Part shown: positions 9,767 through 20,688 of the stretch, piece after piece
Numbering within the stretch: the stretch's first letter is position 1
Layout: every line of letters starts with the position of its first letter
NCBI GenBank assembly: GCA_043755175.1
Contig: JAYUUB010000002.1
Location: 12,067 to 76,066, forward strand
DNA from: Polyangiaceae bacterium
Lineage (GTDB): Bacteria > Myxococcota_A > Polyangia > Polyangiales > Polyangiaceae
Reading direction: 5' to 3'
DNA: 64,000 nucleotides
Notes under the pieces: generated by a model
The model's database searches: none
What the model saw: only the letters and a program-made list of their open reading frames with translations
Told to the model about the DNA's origin: nothing
Translations under genes and position numbers: made by a program

Positions 9767-9954
9767 CCCCTCTCGTTAGCCGACCGACACGGCCTGCGCC
9801 AGCTTTCGACTGAACACACGTCTCGACGGCCCGCAGATGTGCGCTTTTTTTCGGCCTTTTCGGCATGGTCTCAGTTACCCTCGCCGGCCAGACCGCCCGC
9901 TATCCCGTTGGGTGCGCAACGAACCAAGCGTCCAGCTCGGGTCAGCCGTCGACC

Positions 9955-11247
9955 ATGTCGTCCCCTCAGAAGCCGCCCGACCCTTACATTGGACGCGCCG
10001 TTCTCGGCGGTCAGTTCCTCATCGAGCAGAAGATCGGCTCCGGAGGAATGGGCGCGGTCTATCGGGCCTCGCAGCCCGCGATGAACCGACTCGTCGGGGT
10101 GAAGATTCTTCACCCGAAGCTGACGAACCGCAAAGATCTCGCCTCGCGCTTCCGACGCGAAGCGCGTGCGATGAGTCACTTGCAGCACCCGAACACGGTA
10201 CGCGTCTACCTGTACGGCGAGCTCGAAGACGGCTCGCTCTACATCGTGATGGAGTACCTCGAAGGTCGGAACCTGAATCAGAGCGTGCGCAAAGAAGGGC
10301 CTTTTCCCGTCGAGCGCGCGATCCCGATTCTCATCCAGTGCTGTGGCGCCCTCCAAGAAGCGCACTCACAAGGGATCATTCATCGCGATCTGAAGCCCGA
10401 GAACATCTTTCTCTCAACCAACGGCGGGCTAAAAGACTACCCGAAGGTTCTCGACTTCGGCCTCGCCAAGGTGACCGAACGCGAGCTTCGCCCCGGCTCC
10501 GTGATGCTCACCCAAGAGGGGATGGTGTTCGGCACGCCCGAGTTCATGTCACCCGAGCAGGCGCAGGGCAAAGTGCTCGACGCACGCAGCGACATCTACT
10601 CGCTCGCCACGATTCTCTACGAAGTGCTGACTGGCAAGCTGCCTTACGACGCCAAGACGCCGATGGAGTACATCCAGCTCCACGTCACCAAGCCGCCGAT
10701 GTCGCTCGACGATCGGATCCCCGGAAAGAAGTTCCCGGGAGGCCTGGCCGAAGTCATCGCAAAGGCATTGCAAAAGAATCCTGAGAACCGCTACAACTCG
10801 GCTTCCGAATTCGCCGACGCGCTGAAACCCTTCGCGATGGGTCGCACGTTCTCGGCGATCATGCCCGGCGGGTCGCCGGCCTCGCGTTCCATCGATCCGA
10901 CCCAGGTCGACCCGCAGAAGATTCCTGCGCCGGCGCCGAGCTCTGGGCGGAGGCCCGATGGCCCACCCGAGGTCGCGAAGACCATTCGGATGCAGGCTCA
11001 CCCGGCCGCGCTCAATCCGGGTGCCTACGCGCAACCAGGCAGCCATCGACAACCTCCTGCCAGCGGAGCGATGCCGAGCTCGGGGGTGCCGGCGAGCGAT
11101 CCGCGCGCGCCGCTCGGCATTCCTGTTTTGCCGGCCGTCGCCCAAAACCGCTCCGGAGTGAACCCCGTCGTTCTGGGGGTCGTCGCGGTCGTCTGTCTCC
11201 TGGTCGGAATCGCCATCACGCTCCTCGTGATGCGCGTGCTGACCTAG
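9955..11247 (+). CDS. Ser/Thr protein kinase with a C-terminal membrane anchor
   Basis: Canonical Hanks motifs: GSGGMGAVYRA, VGVKIL, HRDLKPENIFL, DFGLAK and SPEQ. A Pro-rich linker is followed by a terminal TM helix (VVLGVVAVVCLLVGIAITLLVM). Start ATG 9955 is preferred over track start 9865. Confidence 0.9.
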   Translation: MSSPQKPPDPYIGRAVLGGQFLIEQKIGSGGMGAVYRASQPAMNRLVGVKILHPKLTNRKDLASRFRREARAMSHLQHPNTVRVYLYGELEDGSLYIVMEYLEGRNLNQSVRKEGPFPVERAIPILIQCCGALQEAHSQGIIHRDLKPENIFLSTNGGLKDYPKVLDFGLAKVTERELRPGSVMLTQEGMVFGTPEFMSPEQAQGKVLDARSDIYSLATILYEVLTGKLPYDAKTPMEYIQLHVTKPPMSLDDRIPGKKFPGGLAEVIAKALQKNPENRYNSASEFADALKPFAMGRTFSAIMPGGSPASRSIDPTQVDPQKIPAPAPSSGRRPDGPPEVAKTIRMQAHPAALNPGAYAQPGSHRQPPASGAMPSSGVPASDPRAPLGIPVLPAVAQNRSGVNPVVLGVVAVVCLLVGIAITLLVMRVLT

Positions 11248-11325
11248 CCAACCAGGCTCCGCCTGACCCGCCGTCGAGCTGCGCGGTGACGATGCCAAGC
11301 CGGGTTTTTCGACAGCGAACGATGC

Positions 11326-13824
11326 GTGTGCCAAAAAGGAAGCGCGCTGCGTGCTGCGGCGTTCTCGAGGACAGCGATGGGTGATTCGGCCGGTTCGCGG
11401 AGGCTTTCTGGAGGAGGCTCCTCCACGCGAGCCGTCGTCTTCACCTGGGTGAAGCGTGTCGTGCTCATCGGCATCGCACTCGCCGGACTGTCGCTCGTCG
11501 CGGTCGCGCTGCTTTTACGTCACTACGAAGAGGGGCTCCCGTCGACCGACGAGCTTCGAAAGTATTCGCCTCCCCAGGTCACGCGAATTCTCGCGCGCGA
11601 CGGATCGCTCATCGCAGAAGACTTCGTCGAGAGGCGTACCGTCGTTCATCTCGGCGAGATCCCTCCGCAGGTGAAGCTCGCGTTCTTGGCGGCCGAAGAC
11701 GCGTCGTTCTACGAGCACCAGGGCCTCAACTACGCCGGAATGCTCCGGGCCATGTGGGTGAATCTTCGCGCGTCGGGGTCACGCCAAGGCGGCAGCACCA
11801 TCACCCAGCAAGTCGTCAAGAACGTCCTCCTCACCAACGAGCGCACGTACGAGCGCAAAATGAAGGAAGTTCTTCTCTCGCGGCGCATCGAGCAGGAGCT
11901 TTCGAAGGACGAGATCCTCGAGCTCTACCTCAACTACATCTATTTCGGTCACGGTCGATATGGCGTCGAAGAGGCGAGCAAATACTACTTCGGCAAGAGC
12001 GTTCGCGAGCTCACACTGGCCGAGGCCGCCGTTCTCGCGAGCATCCCGAAAGGCCCCGCACGCTATTCGCCGCGCGAGAACATGCCACGCGCGCTCAGTC
12101 GGCATCTGTTCGTGCTCGACCAGATGCAAGAAAAAGGATTTGCGAAGCCCGAGGCCATCGACGAGGCCAAGGCACAGAAGATCGTTCTCGCGCCCGAGCC
12201 CGAGCCCACCGGAGAGCTAGCCCCCGAGGTGGTCTCCGAGGTTCGACGGACGCTGCGCGAGTTGGTCGGCGACGAAGCCCAGAAGGGCGGCTACACGATC
12301 ACCACGACGATCGATCCGAAGCTCCAAGCCGAGGCACGCAAAGCACTGCGCGACAATCTTTCGAGCTACGACAAGCGTCGCCAGATCGTGGCGCCGCTGA
12401 AGAAAGCGAAGAAGCCGACGTTCTTCGAAGGAGATCCAGCGACCGAAAAGCACGCCGTCTATCTCGGTGAGGTCACGGGCGTCGACGATACGAAGAACGA
12501 GCTCTTCGTTCGCGTCGGAGCCGTTCGCGGATCGGTGAACCTGAGCACGGCGGCGCGTTACAATCCGGAGAAGCTCCCGGCCAGTAAGTTTGCGGAGGTC
12601 GGTGGGGCGGTGCGCGTCGCGATTCTTGGCCTCGGCGAGGCCGATCCAGACGGCAAACGAACCAAGGCGCAGCTCCGGCTCGATCTCGGACCCGAGGGAG
12701 CCATCGTGGCCATCGACGTCGGGAGCCGCGACATTCTCGCGCTGGCGGGAAGCTACGAGGGGCTTCGTTCCAATCTCGACCGGACGAGCCAGGCACACCG
12801 CCAGCCGGGCTCGACGTTCAAGCCTTTCGTCTACAGCTACGCCATACATTCGAAGAGCTTCACCGCTGCGTCGCTCTTGCCGACGTCCCCGACCGCGCTC
12901 ACGGGGCACGCTCCGAAGAACTACGACAAGAGCGAGGACGGAGCGCCGGTGCGTTTGCGAGAAGCGCTCGCGAAGAGCATCAACGTGTCGGCCCAGTGGA
13001 CCGCAGAGCGCGTCGGCCCGGCCAACATCGCGAGCTGGGCCCACGACATTGGAATCGAATCGAAGCTCGGCGCCACCCCGTCGATCGCTCTCGGCGCGTA
13101 CGAGGTCACACCGCGCGAGCTCGCCAACTCTTACGCGACGCTCGCGGCAGGGGGGATGGTCGAGGCCCCCCGTCTCATCGAGAAGATCGTCGGACCGAAC
13201 GGCATCGAGGTCGCGCTCCCCGTACGCGAGCCGAGGAAACGCGTGATGACCGAGGCCGAGGCGTTCGTGACGACCGATCTCCTTCGCAGCGTCATCGAGA
13301 GCGGCACCGGTCAAGCTGCCAAGGTCTTGCGGAGACCGATCGCCGGAAAGACAGGCACGTCGAACGAGGTCCGCGACGCTTGGTTCGCAGGCTACTCGAC
13401 CGAGATCGCTTGCGTCGTGTGGACCGGTTACGACGATCCAGCTCCGCTCGGCGCGGGCGAAGCGGGTGCGCGAACGAGCCTTCCGGCGTTCATCGCGTTC
13501 ATGCGTGCGGCGCACCAGGGGCTACCTGCAGCCGAGTTTCCAGTGCCACCTGGTATCGTTCACGCCAACGTCGATCCGAAGACGGGCCTCCTCGCCCGTT
13601 CCGATCAGGATGACGCCGTCAGCGAGGCGTTTCTCGCGGGGACCGAGCCCACCGATACGGCGAGCGAACCAGACGCGGGCTCACCACCGAGCGAGGCGGA
13701 CGCAGGCGTGGCCTCCGACAAACCCGATGCCGGCCCGCCGACCGTTCTCGACGAGGAGCCACCACCGGCTCCTCTCAAGCTTGACGGTCCAGCACCGACA
13801 GAGGGCGAAGCGCCACCGCCGTGA
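11326..13824 (+). CDS. class A penicillin-binding protein (PBP1A type, transglycosylase/transpeptidase)
   Basis: Glycosyltransferase motifs EDASFYEHQG and RQGGSTITQQ, and transpeptidase motifs STFKP and KTGTSN. It has an N-terminal TM helix and an Asp/Pro/Ala-rich tail. The start is uncertain (11326 or ATG 11377). Confidence 0.92.
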   Translation: MCQKGSALRAAAFSRTAMGDSAGSRRLSGGGSSTRAVVFTWVKRVVLIGIALAGLSLVAVALLLRHYEEGLPSTDELRKYSPPQVTRILARDGSLIAEDFVERRTVVHLGEIPPQVKLAFLAAEDASFYEHQGLNYAGMLRAMWVNLRASGSRQGGSTITQQVVKNVLLTNERTYERKMKEVLLSRRIEQELSKDEILELYLNYIYFGHGRYGVEEASKYYFGKSVRELTLAEAAVLASIPKGPARYSPRENMPRALSRHLFVLDQMQEKGFAKPEAIDEAKAQKIVLAPEPEPTGELAPEVVSEVRRTLRELVGDEAQKGGYTITTTIDPKLQAEARKALRDNLSSYDKRRQIVAPLKKAKKPTFFEGDPATEKHAVYLGEVTGVDDTKNELFVRVGAVRGSVNLSTAARYNPEKLPASKFAEVGGAVRVAILGLGEADPDGKRTKAQLRLDLGPEGAIVAIDVGSRDILALAGSYEGLRSNLDRTSQAHRQPGSTFKPFVYSYAIHSKSFTAASLLPTSPTALTGHAPKNYDKSEDGAPVRLREALAKSINVSAQWTAERVGPANIASWAHDIGIESKLGATPSIALGAYEVTPRELANSYATLAAGGMVEAPRLIEKIVGPNGIEVALPVREPRKRVMTEAEAFVTTDLLRSVIESGTGQAAKVLRRPIAGKTGTSNEVRDAWFAGYSTEIACVVWTGYDDPAPLGAGEAGARTSLPAFIAFMRAAHQGLPAAEFPVPPGIVHANVDPKTGLLARSDQDDAVSEAFLAGTEPTDTASEPDAGSPPSEADAGVASDKPDAGPPTVLDEEPPPAPLKLDGPAPTEGEAPPP

Positions 13825-13922
13825 GTCGGCGAGCGCGAGGTGCGGCCCGCGCTCCATCTCACGTGTTTCGACCGACGCTCCTTCCGGGCGGCCAGCAACG
13901 CGTCGAAGGCGTGTCGGAAGAC

Positions 13923-14745
13923 TTACGCGGCGTCTAGGTCCGACTTCGCCTCGGCTCGCCGAAGGACGTCTTCGACCCACGCGGCGAACGCCGAGCCCCC
14001 AGGGTCTCTCCGCCGCGATCGGAGAGCCCGCGCGCGGTCTCGCGTAGACCCGATGACACACCAAGAATCGGCCTTCGTTGTAGGCCGAAGCACCCACCCG
14101 GATCGCACGAACGATGGCGTCGACGATCTCGTCGCTCGAGCCGTTCGAAGGAAACGCATCGCCCGACGTGCGTGCTGGAACCGGGAGAATGGATCCGCGC
14201 GGCTCGGCTTGCGCCGACCCTGACCCCGATACGGCCGCTGGCGACATGGAGATGCTCGCGAGCGTCGCTCTGCCCGATCGCGAACGAATCGCGTCGAGGA
14301 TCGGTTGCAAAGGAGGCAGCGCGGTGAGGGGGTGGTGGCAGCTACACCCTGCTGCTCGAGGGGCGAGCCATCGCGGCGCCGAGCGTCTGCGCCGTCTCGC
14401 GCGCCGACGCAAAACGATCTTCCGGGCGCTTCGCGAGGAGACGCTGCATCACGCTCGTCGAGCGCCGCGCTCTCTCCCTTCGACTCGAGCGCTCGCGCGA
14501 GGGACGGTGAAGATTCGGTCCTGTGCTTCTTAGCGAGCCCCTGGATGCTCGGGGCTTCGAACGGAGGAACGCCGGCGAGCATCGTAGAGCATGATCCCGA
14601 GCACGAGGATTCGGTAGCGCTCGCCGAGGACCGAGCCGAGCAGCGGAACTGCGACGCCGGCGCGGGTCGTCACTCCGTCGCGTGGACAGGTTCTGATGGA
14701 GCGGAACGCAGCATCGCAGAGCTCGCGGAAGCGCACCCCCACATG
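13923..14745 (-). pseudogene. truncated, multiply frameshifted Ser/Thr kinase remnant (C-lobe plus C-terminal domain)
   Basis: Kinase subdomain IX-XI sequence is spread over three frames. LGIMLY ends at 14584. [20 protein letters not shown]...ALDE runs from 14582. [19 protein letters not shown] runs from about 14452 to a stop at 14342. A further coding-like block (SSDEIVDAIVRAIRVGASAYNEGRFLVCHRVYA) and the tail ...AWVEDVLRRAEAKSDLDAA end at 13923. An in-frame TAG lies just upstream of 14742, and there is no room for an N-lobe. Confidence 0.5.
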
Positions 14746-14874
14746 CTAGCGGCTCTTGGCACCCCGGGTCTGGCATCGTCGGCCGACCGAGTCGGTGAGG
14801 CACTTCGATCCGAATTCTTTCATGAGCCACTCGCCACCAGTCGAGCGTCTCGTCCGGGTCGGAAGGAGATTCCA

Positions 14875-15483
14875 ATGAACAAGAGTTACGTTCTCGCGAC
14901 CCTCATGAGCTTGGCTGCCGCCTGTGGCGGTTCTGAGCCTGCTGCTCAGAACGCCGAAGCCAGCGCCGAGCCGGCCATGTCGGCCTCCGCAATGCCTGAC
15001 ATGTCCGTCCCGCCGGCTTCGGCGAGCTCTGCCGAAGCCAAACCGGTCGAGGCCGCCAAGCCCGCCGAGAAGCCGGCCACGCCGGACCTCCTCGACACGG
15101 CCAAATCCGCTGGCAATTTCACTACACTTCTCGCGGCAGTCGATGCGGCCGGACTGACCGATACCTTGAAGGGCCCCGGCCCGTTCACGCTGTTTGCGCC
15201 CACCGACGAGGCTTTCAAGAAGATCCCCAAGGCGACGCTCGAGAAGCTCCTGAAAGACAAGGACAAGCTCGCCAAGGTGCTCAAGTTTCACGTCGTCGCC
15301 GGCAAGCTCATGGCTGCCGACGTCATCAAGCTGAAGGAGAGCGACACGGCTGCTGGCAGCAAAGTGAAGTTCAGCTCCAAGGGAGCTGACGTCATGATCG
15401 ACAAGGCGAAGATCACGAAGGCCGACATCGTCGCTGGCAACGGCGTGATCCACGTCATCGATACCGTCATCATGCCCAAGTGA
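14875..15483 (+). CDS. fasciclin (FAS1) domain lipoprotein
   Basis: ATG 14875 is preceded by GGAAGGAGA. The lipobox is [11 protein letters not shown]1 motifs are [11 protein letters not shown] and [13 protein letters not shown]. The 5' part of the long track ORF from 14305 is not credible. Confidence 0.9.
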   Translation: MNKSYVLATLMSLAAACGGSEPAAQNAEASAEPAMSASAMPDMSVPPASASSAEAKPVEAAKPAEKPATPDLLDTAKSAGNFTTLLAAVDAAGLTDTLKGPGPFTLFAPTDEAFKKIPKATLEKLLKDKDKLAKVLKFHVVAGKLMAADVIKLKESDTAAGSKVKFSSKGADVMIDKAKITKADIVAGNGVIHVIDTVIMPK

Positions 15484-15502
15484 AGGTGACGCGCGCGCTC
15501 GG

Positions 15503-15526
15503 CCGCGCCCTTTTTCGAGGGCGCGG
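15503..15526. terminator. GC-rich hairpin between convergent genes (candidate terminator)
   Basis: CCGCGCCCT-TTTTCG-AGGGCGCGG forms a perfect 9-bp stem 20 nt after the fasciclin stop. No clear U-tract follows. Confidence 0.4.
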
Positions 15527-15642
15527 AGCGCGGTAGCAGCGGCTCTTCCAGAACGACGAAGGCCTCGAGGAACCCCTCGAGGCCCGATTCGTTTGTTCGA
15601 AACGCGCCCGTCGGAGACGCGTTCACTCGCGCCGACGGGTGA

Positions 15643-16275
15643 CTACCGACCGCGACGGGACGCGGGCGCGTCGATGAGGCCTTCGACCGTTCCGGCGCCT
15701 TCACGCACGATCACCACTTGTCCCTCGCTGAGATCGACGACCGTGGTTGGAAGAATACCGCCAGCTCCGCCGTCGAGGACCAGATCGAGTCCTTTGAACT
15801 CGTCGCGGATCTCCGTCGGATCGACCATCGCTTCTTCACCGGGGCGCGCCGCCGTCGTGCTGATGATGGGTCTGCCGAGGGCTTGCGTGAGCGCGATGAT
15901 GACCGGATGGTTGGGCACGCGAATCCCCACCGTCTTCTGCTTGGTGAGCACCATCTTCGGCACCTCGCGCGTCGCCTGCAAGATGAAGCAGTACGGACCC
16001 GGGAGGTAGTGCCGCAACATCCGGTACGCCGAGTTGTCGACCACGGCATACTTGGCGATGTCGGAAAGGTCGTGGCAGATGAACGCGAGGTTCTTGTTCT
16101 TCTGCATGCCCTTGACCTGATAGAGACGCTCGATGGCGCTCTTGTTCATCAGGTCACAGCCCAGCCCGTAGACCGTGTCGGTCGGGTACGCGATGAGGCC
16201 GCCCTTTTCGAGGACCTCGACGGCGCGCTGGATCTTGCGTGGCTCGGGATGTTCGACGTTGATATCTAGAAGCAC
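15643..16275 (-). CDS. YrdC/Sua5-family protein, YciO-like (threonylcarbamoyl-AMP synthase family)
   Basis: 210 aa with GGLIAYPTDTVYGLGCD...NLAFICHDLSDIAKYAVVDNSAYRML...PGPYCFIL...GIRVPNHP...PTTVVDL. It is colinear with my recollection of E. coli YciO. Confidence 0.8.
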   Translation of the reverse strand: MLLDINVEHPEPRKIQRAVEVLEKGGLIAYPTDTVYGLGCDLMNKSAIERLYQVKGMQKNKNLAFICHDLSDIAKYAVVDNSAYRMLRHYLPGPYCFILQATREVPKMVLTKQKTVGIRVPNHPVIIALTQALGRPIISTTAARPGEEAMVDPTEIRDEFKGLDLVLDGGAGGILPTTVVDLSEGQVVIVREGAGTVEGLIDAPASRRGR

Positions 16276-16338
16276 GTTCTCAAGAGAGGCGTTGCGAAGG
16301 CGATCACGGTCAGCTCCTGTGCTCGCCCAGGCACGACC

Positions 16339-17259
16339 TCACTCCTTGATGGCCTCGCTGCCGCCGATGATCTCCATGAGCTCCTTGGTGATCGCAGCTT
16401 GGCGCGCCTTGTTGTAGTCGAGCGTGAGGCCCTCGATCATCTCGGAGGCGTTCTTGGTTGCCGACTCCATCGCGGTCATCTGAGCACCGAAGAACGACGC
16501 CATCGACTCGTAGAGCGCTCGGAGGAGAGAGATGTCGACGTACATCGGCGCGAGCACCTCGAGGATGGCGCGCTGATCGGGCTCGAAGATGAATTGCGAC
16601 GTGTCTTCGACCTCCCCCTCGGGGGGCGGTGGCACGGGCAGGAGTCGTTCGGCGCTCACCTGCTGGGTGAGAGCGCTCTTGAACTCGTTGTAGATGACGT
16701 AGATCGCATCGACCTGGCCCTTGAGGAACGGCTCGAGAACCTTGTCTCCGAGGGCTTTCGCGGTCTCTTGCCCGAGCTTGTCCCAGACTCCCGCGATGTA
16801 CTCGATGGGCGCGCCACGGCGCGTGAGGTAGTCGCGACCTTTTCGGCCGACGACGATCATGCGCACCTCTTGGCCTTCGGCCGTTCGCGTCTTCCACTCG
16901 CGCTCGGCGCGCTTGTTGATGTTCGCGTTGAACGCGCCGCAGAGACCGCGGTCGCTCGTCAGGACGACGAGTAGAACGCGCTTCTCGGGCCTCGCGACAA
17001 GCAGCGGGTGAAGGGTCTCTTCGAGCACCTCCCCCGGCAGCTGCGCCTCGCCCTGCGCGCCGCCTTCGCTCGCGCGAACGAGGCGATTCGTGAGCTCGGC
17101 GAGCACGGTCGTCGTCTTGACTGCGTACGGGCGGAGCTCGGTGATGCGCTGCTGCGCACGGTTCAGCCGTGCACCTGCGACCATCTTCATCGCGCGCGTG
17201 ATCTTCTGCGTCGACTTGACGCTGATGATGCGCTTGCGGATCGTCTTGAGAGAGGGCAC
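16339..17259 (-). CDS. atpG: F-type ATP synthase subunit gamma
   Basis: GTG start. The N-terminus PSLKTIRKRIISVKSTQKITRAMKMVAGARL and the C-terminus QAAITKELMEIIGGSEA are gamma signatures. Confidence 0.95.
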   Translation of the reverse strand: MPSLKTIRKRIISVKSTQKITRAMKMVAGARLNRAQQRITELRPYAVKTTTVLAELTNRLVRASEGGAQGEAQLPGEVLEETLHPLLVARPEKRVLLVVLTSDRGLCGAFNANINKRAEREWKTRTAEGQEVRMIVVGRKGRDYLTRRGAPIEYIAGVWDKLGQETAKALGDKVLEPFLKGQVDAIYVIYNEFKSALTQQVSAERLLPVPPPPEGEVEDTSQFIFEPDQRAILEVLAPMYVDISLLRALYESMASFFGAQMTAMESATKNASEMIEGLTLDYNKARQAAITKELMEIIGGSEAIKE

Positions 17260-17262
17260 GCG

Positions 17263-19017
<1,755 letters not shown>

Positions 19018-19102
19018 CTAACGGTTAGTCAACTGCGACTACACAAGAGTTACAAAACGGGCGGGCGGCTGGAGTCAGCGCGTCGCGAATCAGAGCGCCG
19101 GA

Positions 19103-19645
19103 TCAGGTGGCGGTCGAAGCATCGCGAAGACCCCTGAGGCGGGCCCTCGCGCTGCCGTCGATGACCCGATCGCCGATGCGTGTGACCACGCCGGCGATGA
19201 GGCTCGGATCGACCGAATGGGTGATGGTGACTTTGTTACCGGTCGCTTTCTCGAGCTCGGCTTTGAGGCGGTCGATGTACGTTTCCGTCAGGGGAGCGGC
19301 GCTCGTGACGACGGCGCGAACGACCTTCGCGTCGTGATCGACGAGACGGGCCAAGTGACGCGCGATGTCGGGGAGCGCACGGAGGCGACGGCGATGCGCG
19401 ACGAGCCTCAGCGTGCGCTGAGCCGTGTCGGACGCGCCGAGCTTCGTCGCGATTTCGACCAGAATGGCCTTCTTCGATGCGTCGGGTACGACCGGGCTCT
19501 CGAGCACGTTCTTCAGCTCGGCGCTCTCGGCGTAGGCCGCCGCGAAGTCACCGATCTGGGTCGAGAGCGCGGCGAGGTTGCCCTCTTCTTTTCCGAGATC
19601 GAAGATCGCCTTCGCGTAGCGTCGAGCGATGTTGTCGTAGCTCAC
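19103..19645 (-). CDS. atpH: F-type ATP synthase subunit delta (OSCP)
   Basis: 180 aa. The GTG start overlaps the atpF stop (GTGA at 19642-19645). ARRYAKAIFDLGKE...LIAGVVTRIGDRVIDGS is typical of delta. Confidence 0.9.
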   Translation of the reverse strand: MSYDNIARRYAKAIFDLGKEEGNLAALSTQIGDFAAAYAESAELKNVLESPVVPDASKKAILVEIATKLGASDTAQRTLRLVAHRRRLRALPDIARHLARLVDHDAKVVRAVVTSAAPLTETYIDRLKAELEKATGNKVTITHSVDPSLIAGVVTRIGDRVIDGSARARLRGLRDASTAT

Positions 19646-20688
19646 GAATTGTCTCCCTGAAGGGTTTGCGAAGCCTTCAACGCCGGGCCGATGCCGGTGA
19701 GGTACTCGTCGGCCAAGCGGTCGAGATCGCCCTGCTGTACGCGCTGCTTCACGAGCTCTTCGGCTGCGCGAATCGCGCCGTCGATGGCCTCGCTCAAGAG
19801 ATCGGCCTCGGCCTGCCGCAGCTCTTGGGCGACGCGGAAGGCGGCGTCCTTGCGCATGCGCGCCCGCTTTTCCTCTGCTTCGTCGAGGATGCGCTTCTTC
19901 TCCGCGGCGAACTGCGCGCGGTAGTCGTCTTCGAGCTCGGTCCGGCGCTGCTCGATGTTCGAGAGCTGCTTCTGGTACTTCTTCAGCCGCGCCTCGGCTT
20001 CGTCACGCAGCGTGGCGGCAGCCTCGATGTCTTGCATGATCGCTTTTTTGCGCTTGATGAGTCCGTCGCGGAGCGGCGTCCCTCCAAAGCGGAAGAGTAG
20101 GAGCACGACGATGCCGAAGTTGATGAGGTTCGCGAGGACCGGAGGCTCCTGGTTCTTCGCGTCGCACTCGTCGTTCTCGTTCTTGTAGCGCCAGAGGAGG
20201 CGGTCGAGGCCCGACGGGCTCTCGGCCTTCTCGTTGTTCACCCCGAGGAGGCCTTGGTACCAATTGACATGCGGCGGCGAATCCATCGGGCCGTGGCCGG
20301 GACACTCGTGCTCACCTGCGCCGGCGTGCTCGTGGGCTTCGGCGTGCGGCGCGCCCGGGATCGGGGGATGGCCCGGAGGCATGCCGCCCGGACCACCAGG
20401 GCCCGGCTGCCGAGGGCGCGACGGCTGCGGAAATCCGGGCGGCAGCTGCTGCCCCGGCTGCATCTGGATCGGGCGCGGCTGCACCTGCGACGGCTGGGGC
20501 TGGCCCGGCTGGGGCATCTGCACCGGAGGACGTTGGCCTGGCTGGGGCTGGCCTGGCTGGGGCTGGCCTGGCCGCGGCTGGCCTGGCTGCGGCTGCGGCT
20601 GCGGCTGCGGCTGAGCCGCGCCGACGTTCGCGAGGAGCGCGGCGATGGCGAGCGAGCCAGCGCCGACGAGGCGGGTAACGAGTCTCAC
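19642..20688 (-). CDS. atpF: F-type ATP synthase subunit b with a long N-terminal signal-peptide plus Pro/Gln-rich extension
   Basis: The C-terminal 170 aa are a standard b subunit (TM LANLINFGIVVLLLF, then the coiled coil KKAIMQDIEAAATLRDEAEARLKKYQ...). Before them come MRLVTRLVGAGSLAIAALLANVGAA (signal-like), about 90 aa of PQ/PGQ repeats and a His/Cys-containing segment. The GTG start overlaps the b' stop (GTGA at 20685-20688). Confidence 0.85.
   Translation of the reverse strand: MRLVTRLVGAGSLAIAALLANVGAAQPQPQPQPQPGQPRPGQPQPGQPQPGQRPPVQMPQPGQPQPSQVQPRPIQMQPGQQLPPGFPQPSRPRQPGPGGPGGMPPGHPPIPGAPHAEAHEHAGAGEHECPGHGPMDSPPHVNWYQGLLGVNNEKAESPSGLDRLLWRYKNENDECDAKNQEPPVLANLINFGIVVLLLFRFGGTPLRDGLIKRKKAIMQDIEAAATLRDEAEARLKKYQKQLSNIEQRRTELEDDYRAQFAAEKKRILDEAEEKRARMRKDAAFRVAQELRQAEADLLSEAIDGAIRAAEELVKQRVQQGDLDRLADEYLTGIGPALKASQTLQGDNS
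20534..20611. repeat. coding tandem repeat (15-bp units then 6-bp units) encoding the PQPQ/PGQPQ tract of AtpF
   Basis: TGGCCTGGCTGGGGC-type 15-mers at 20534, 20549, 20564 and 20579, followed by TGCGGC x3 to 20611. Confidence 0.85.

Noticed and set aside
12217-13515. 432-aa ORF on the minus strand
   Set aside because: It is antisense to the PBP1A gene, whose transglycosylase and transpeptidase motifs fix the true frame.
14305-14874. N-terminal 190 codons of track ORF 14305-15483
   Set aside because: Only the part from ATG 14875 (RBS, lipoprotein signal, FAS1 domain) is credible. The upstream part overlaps the kinase remnant on the other strand and has junk composition.
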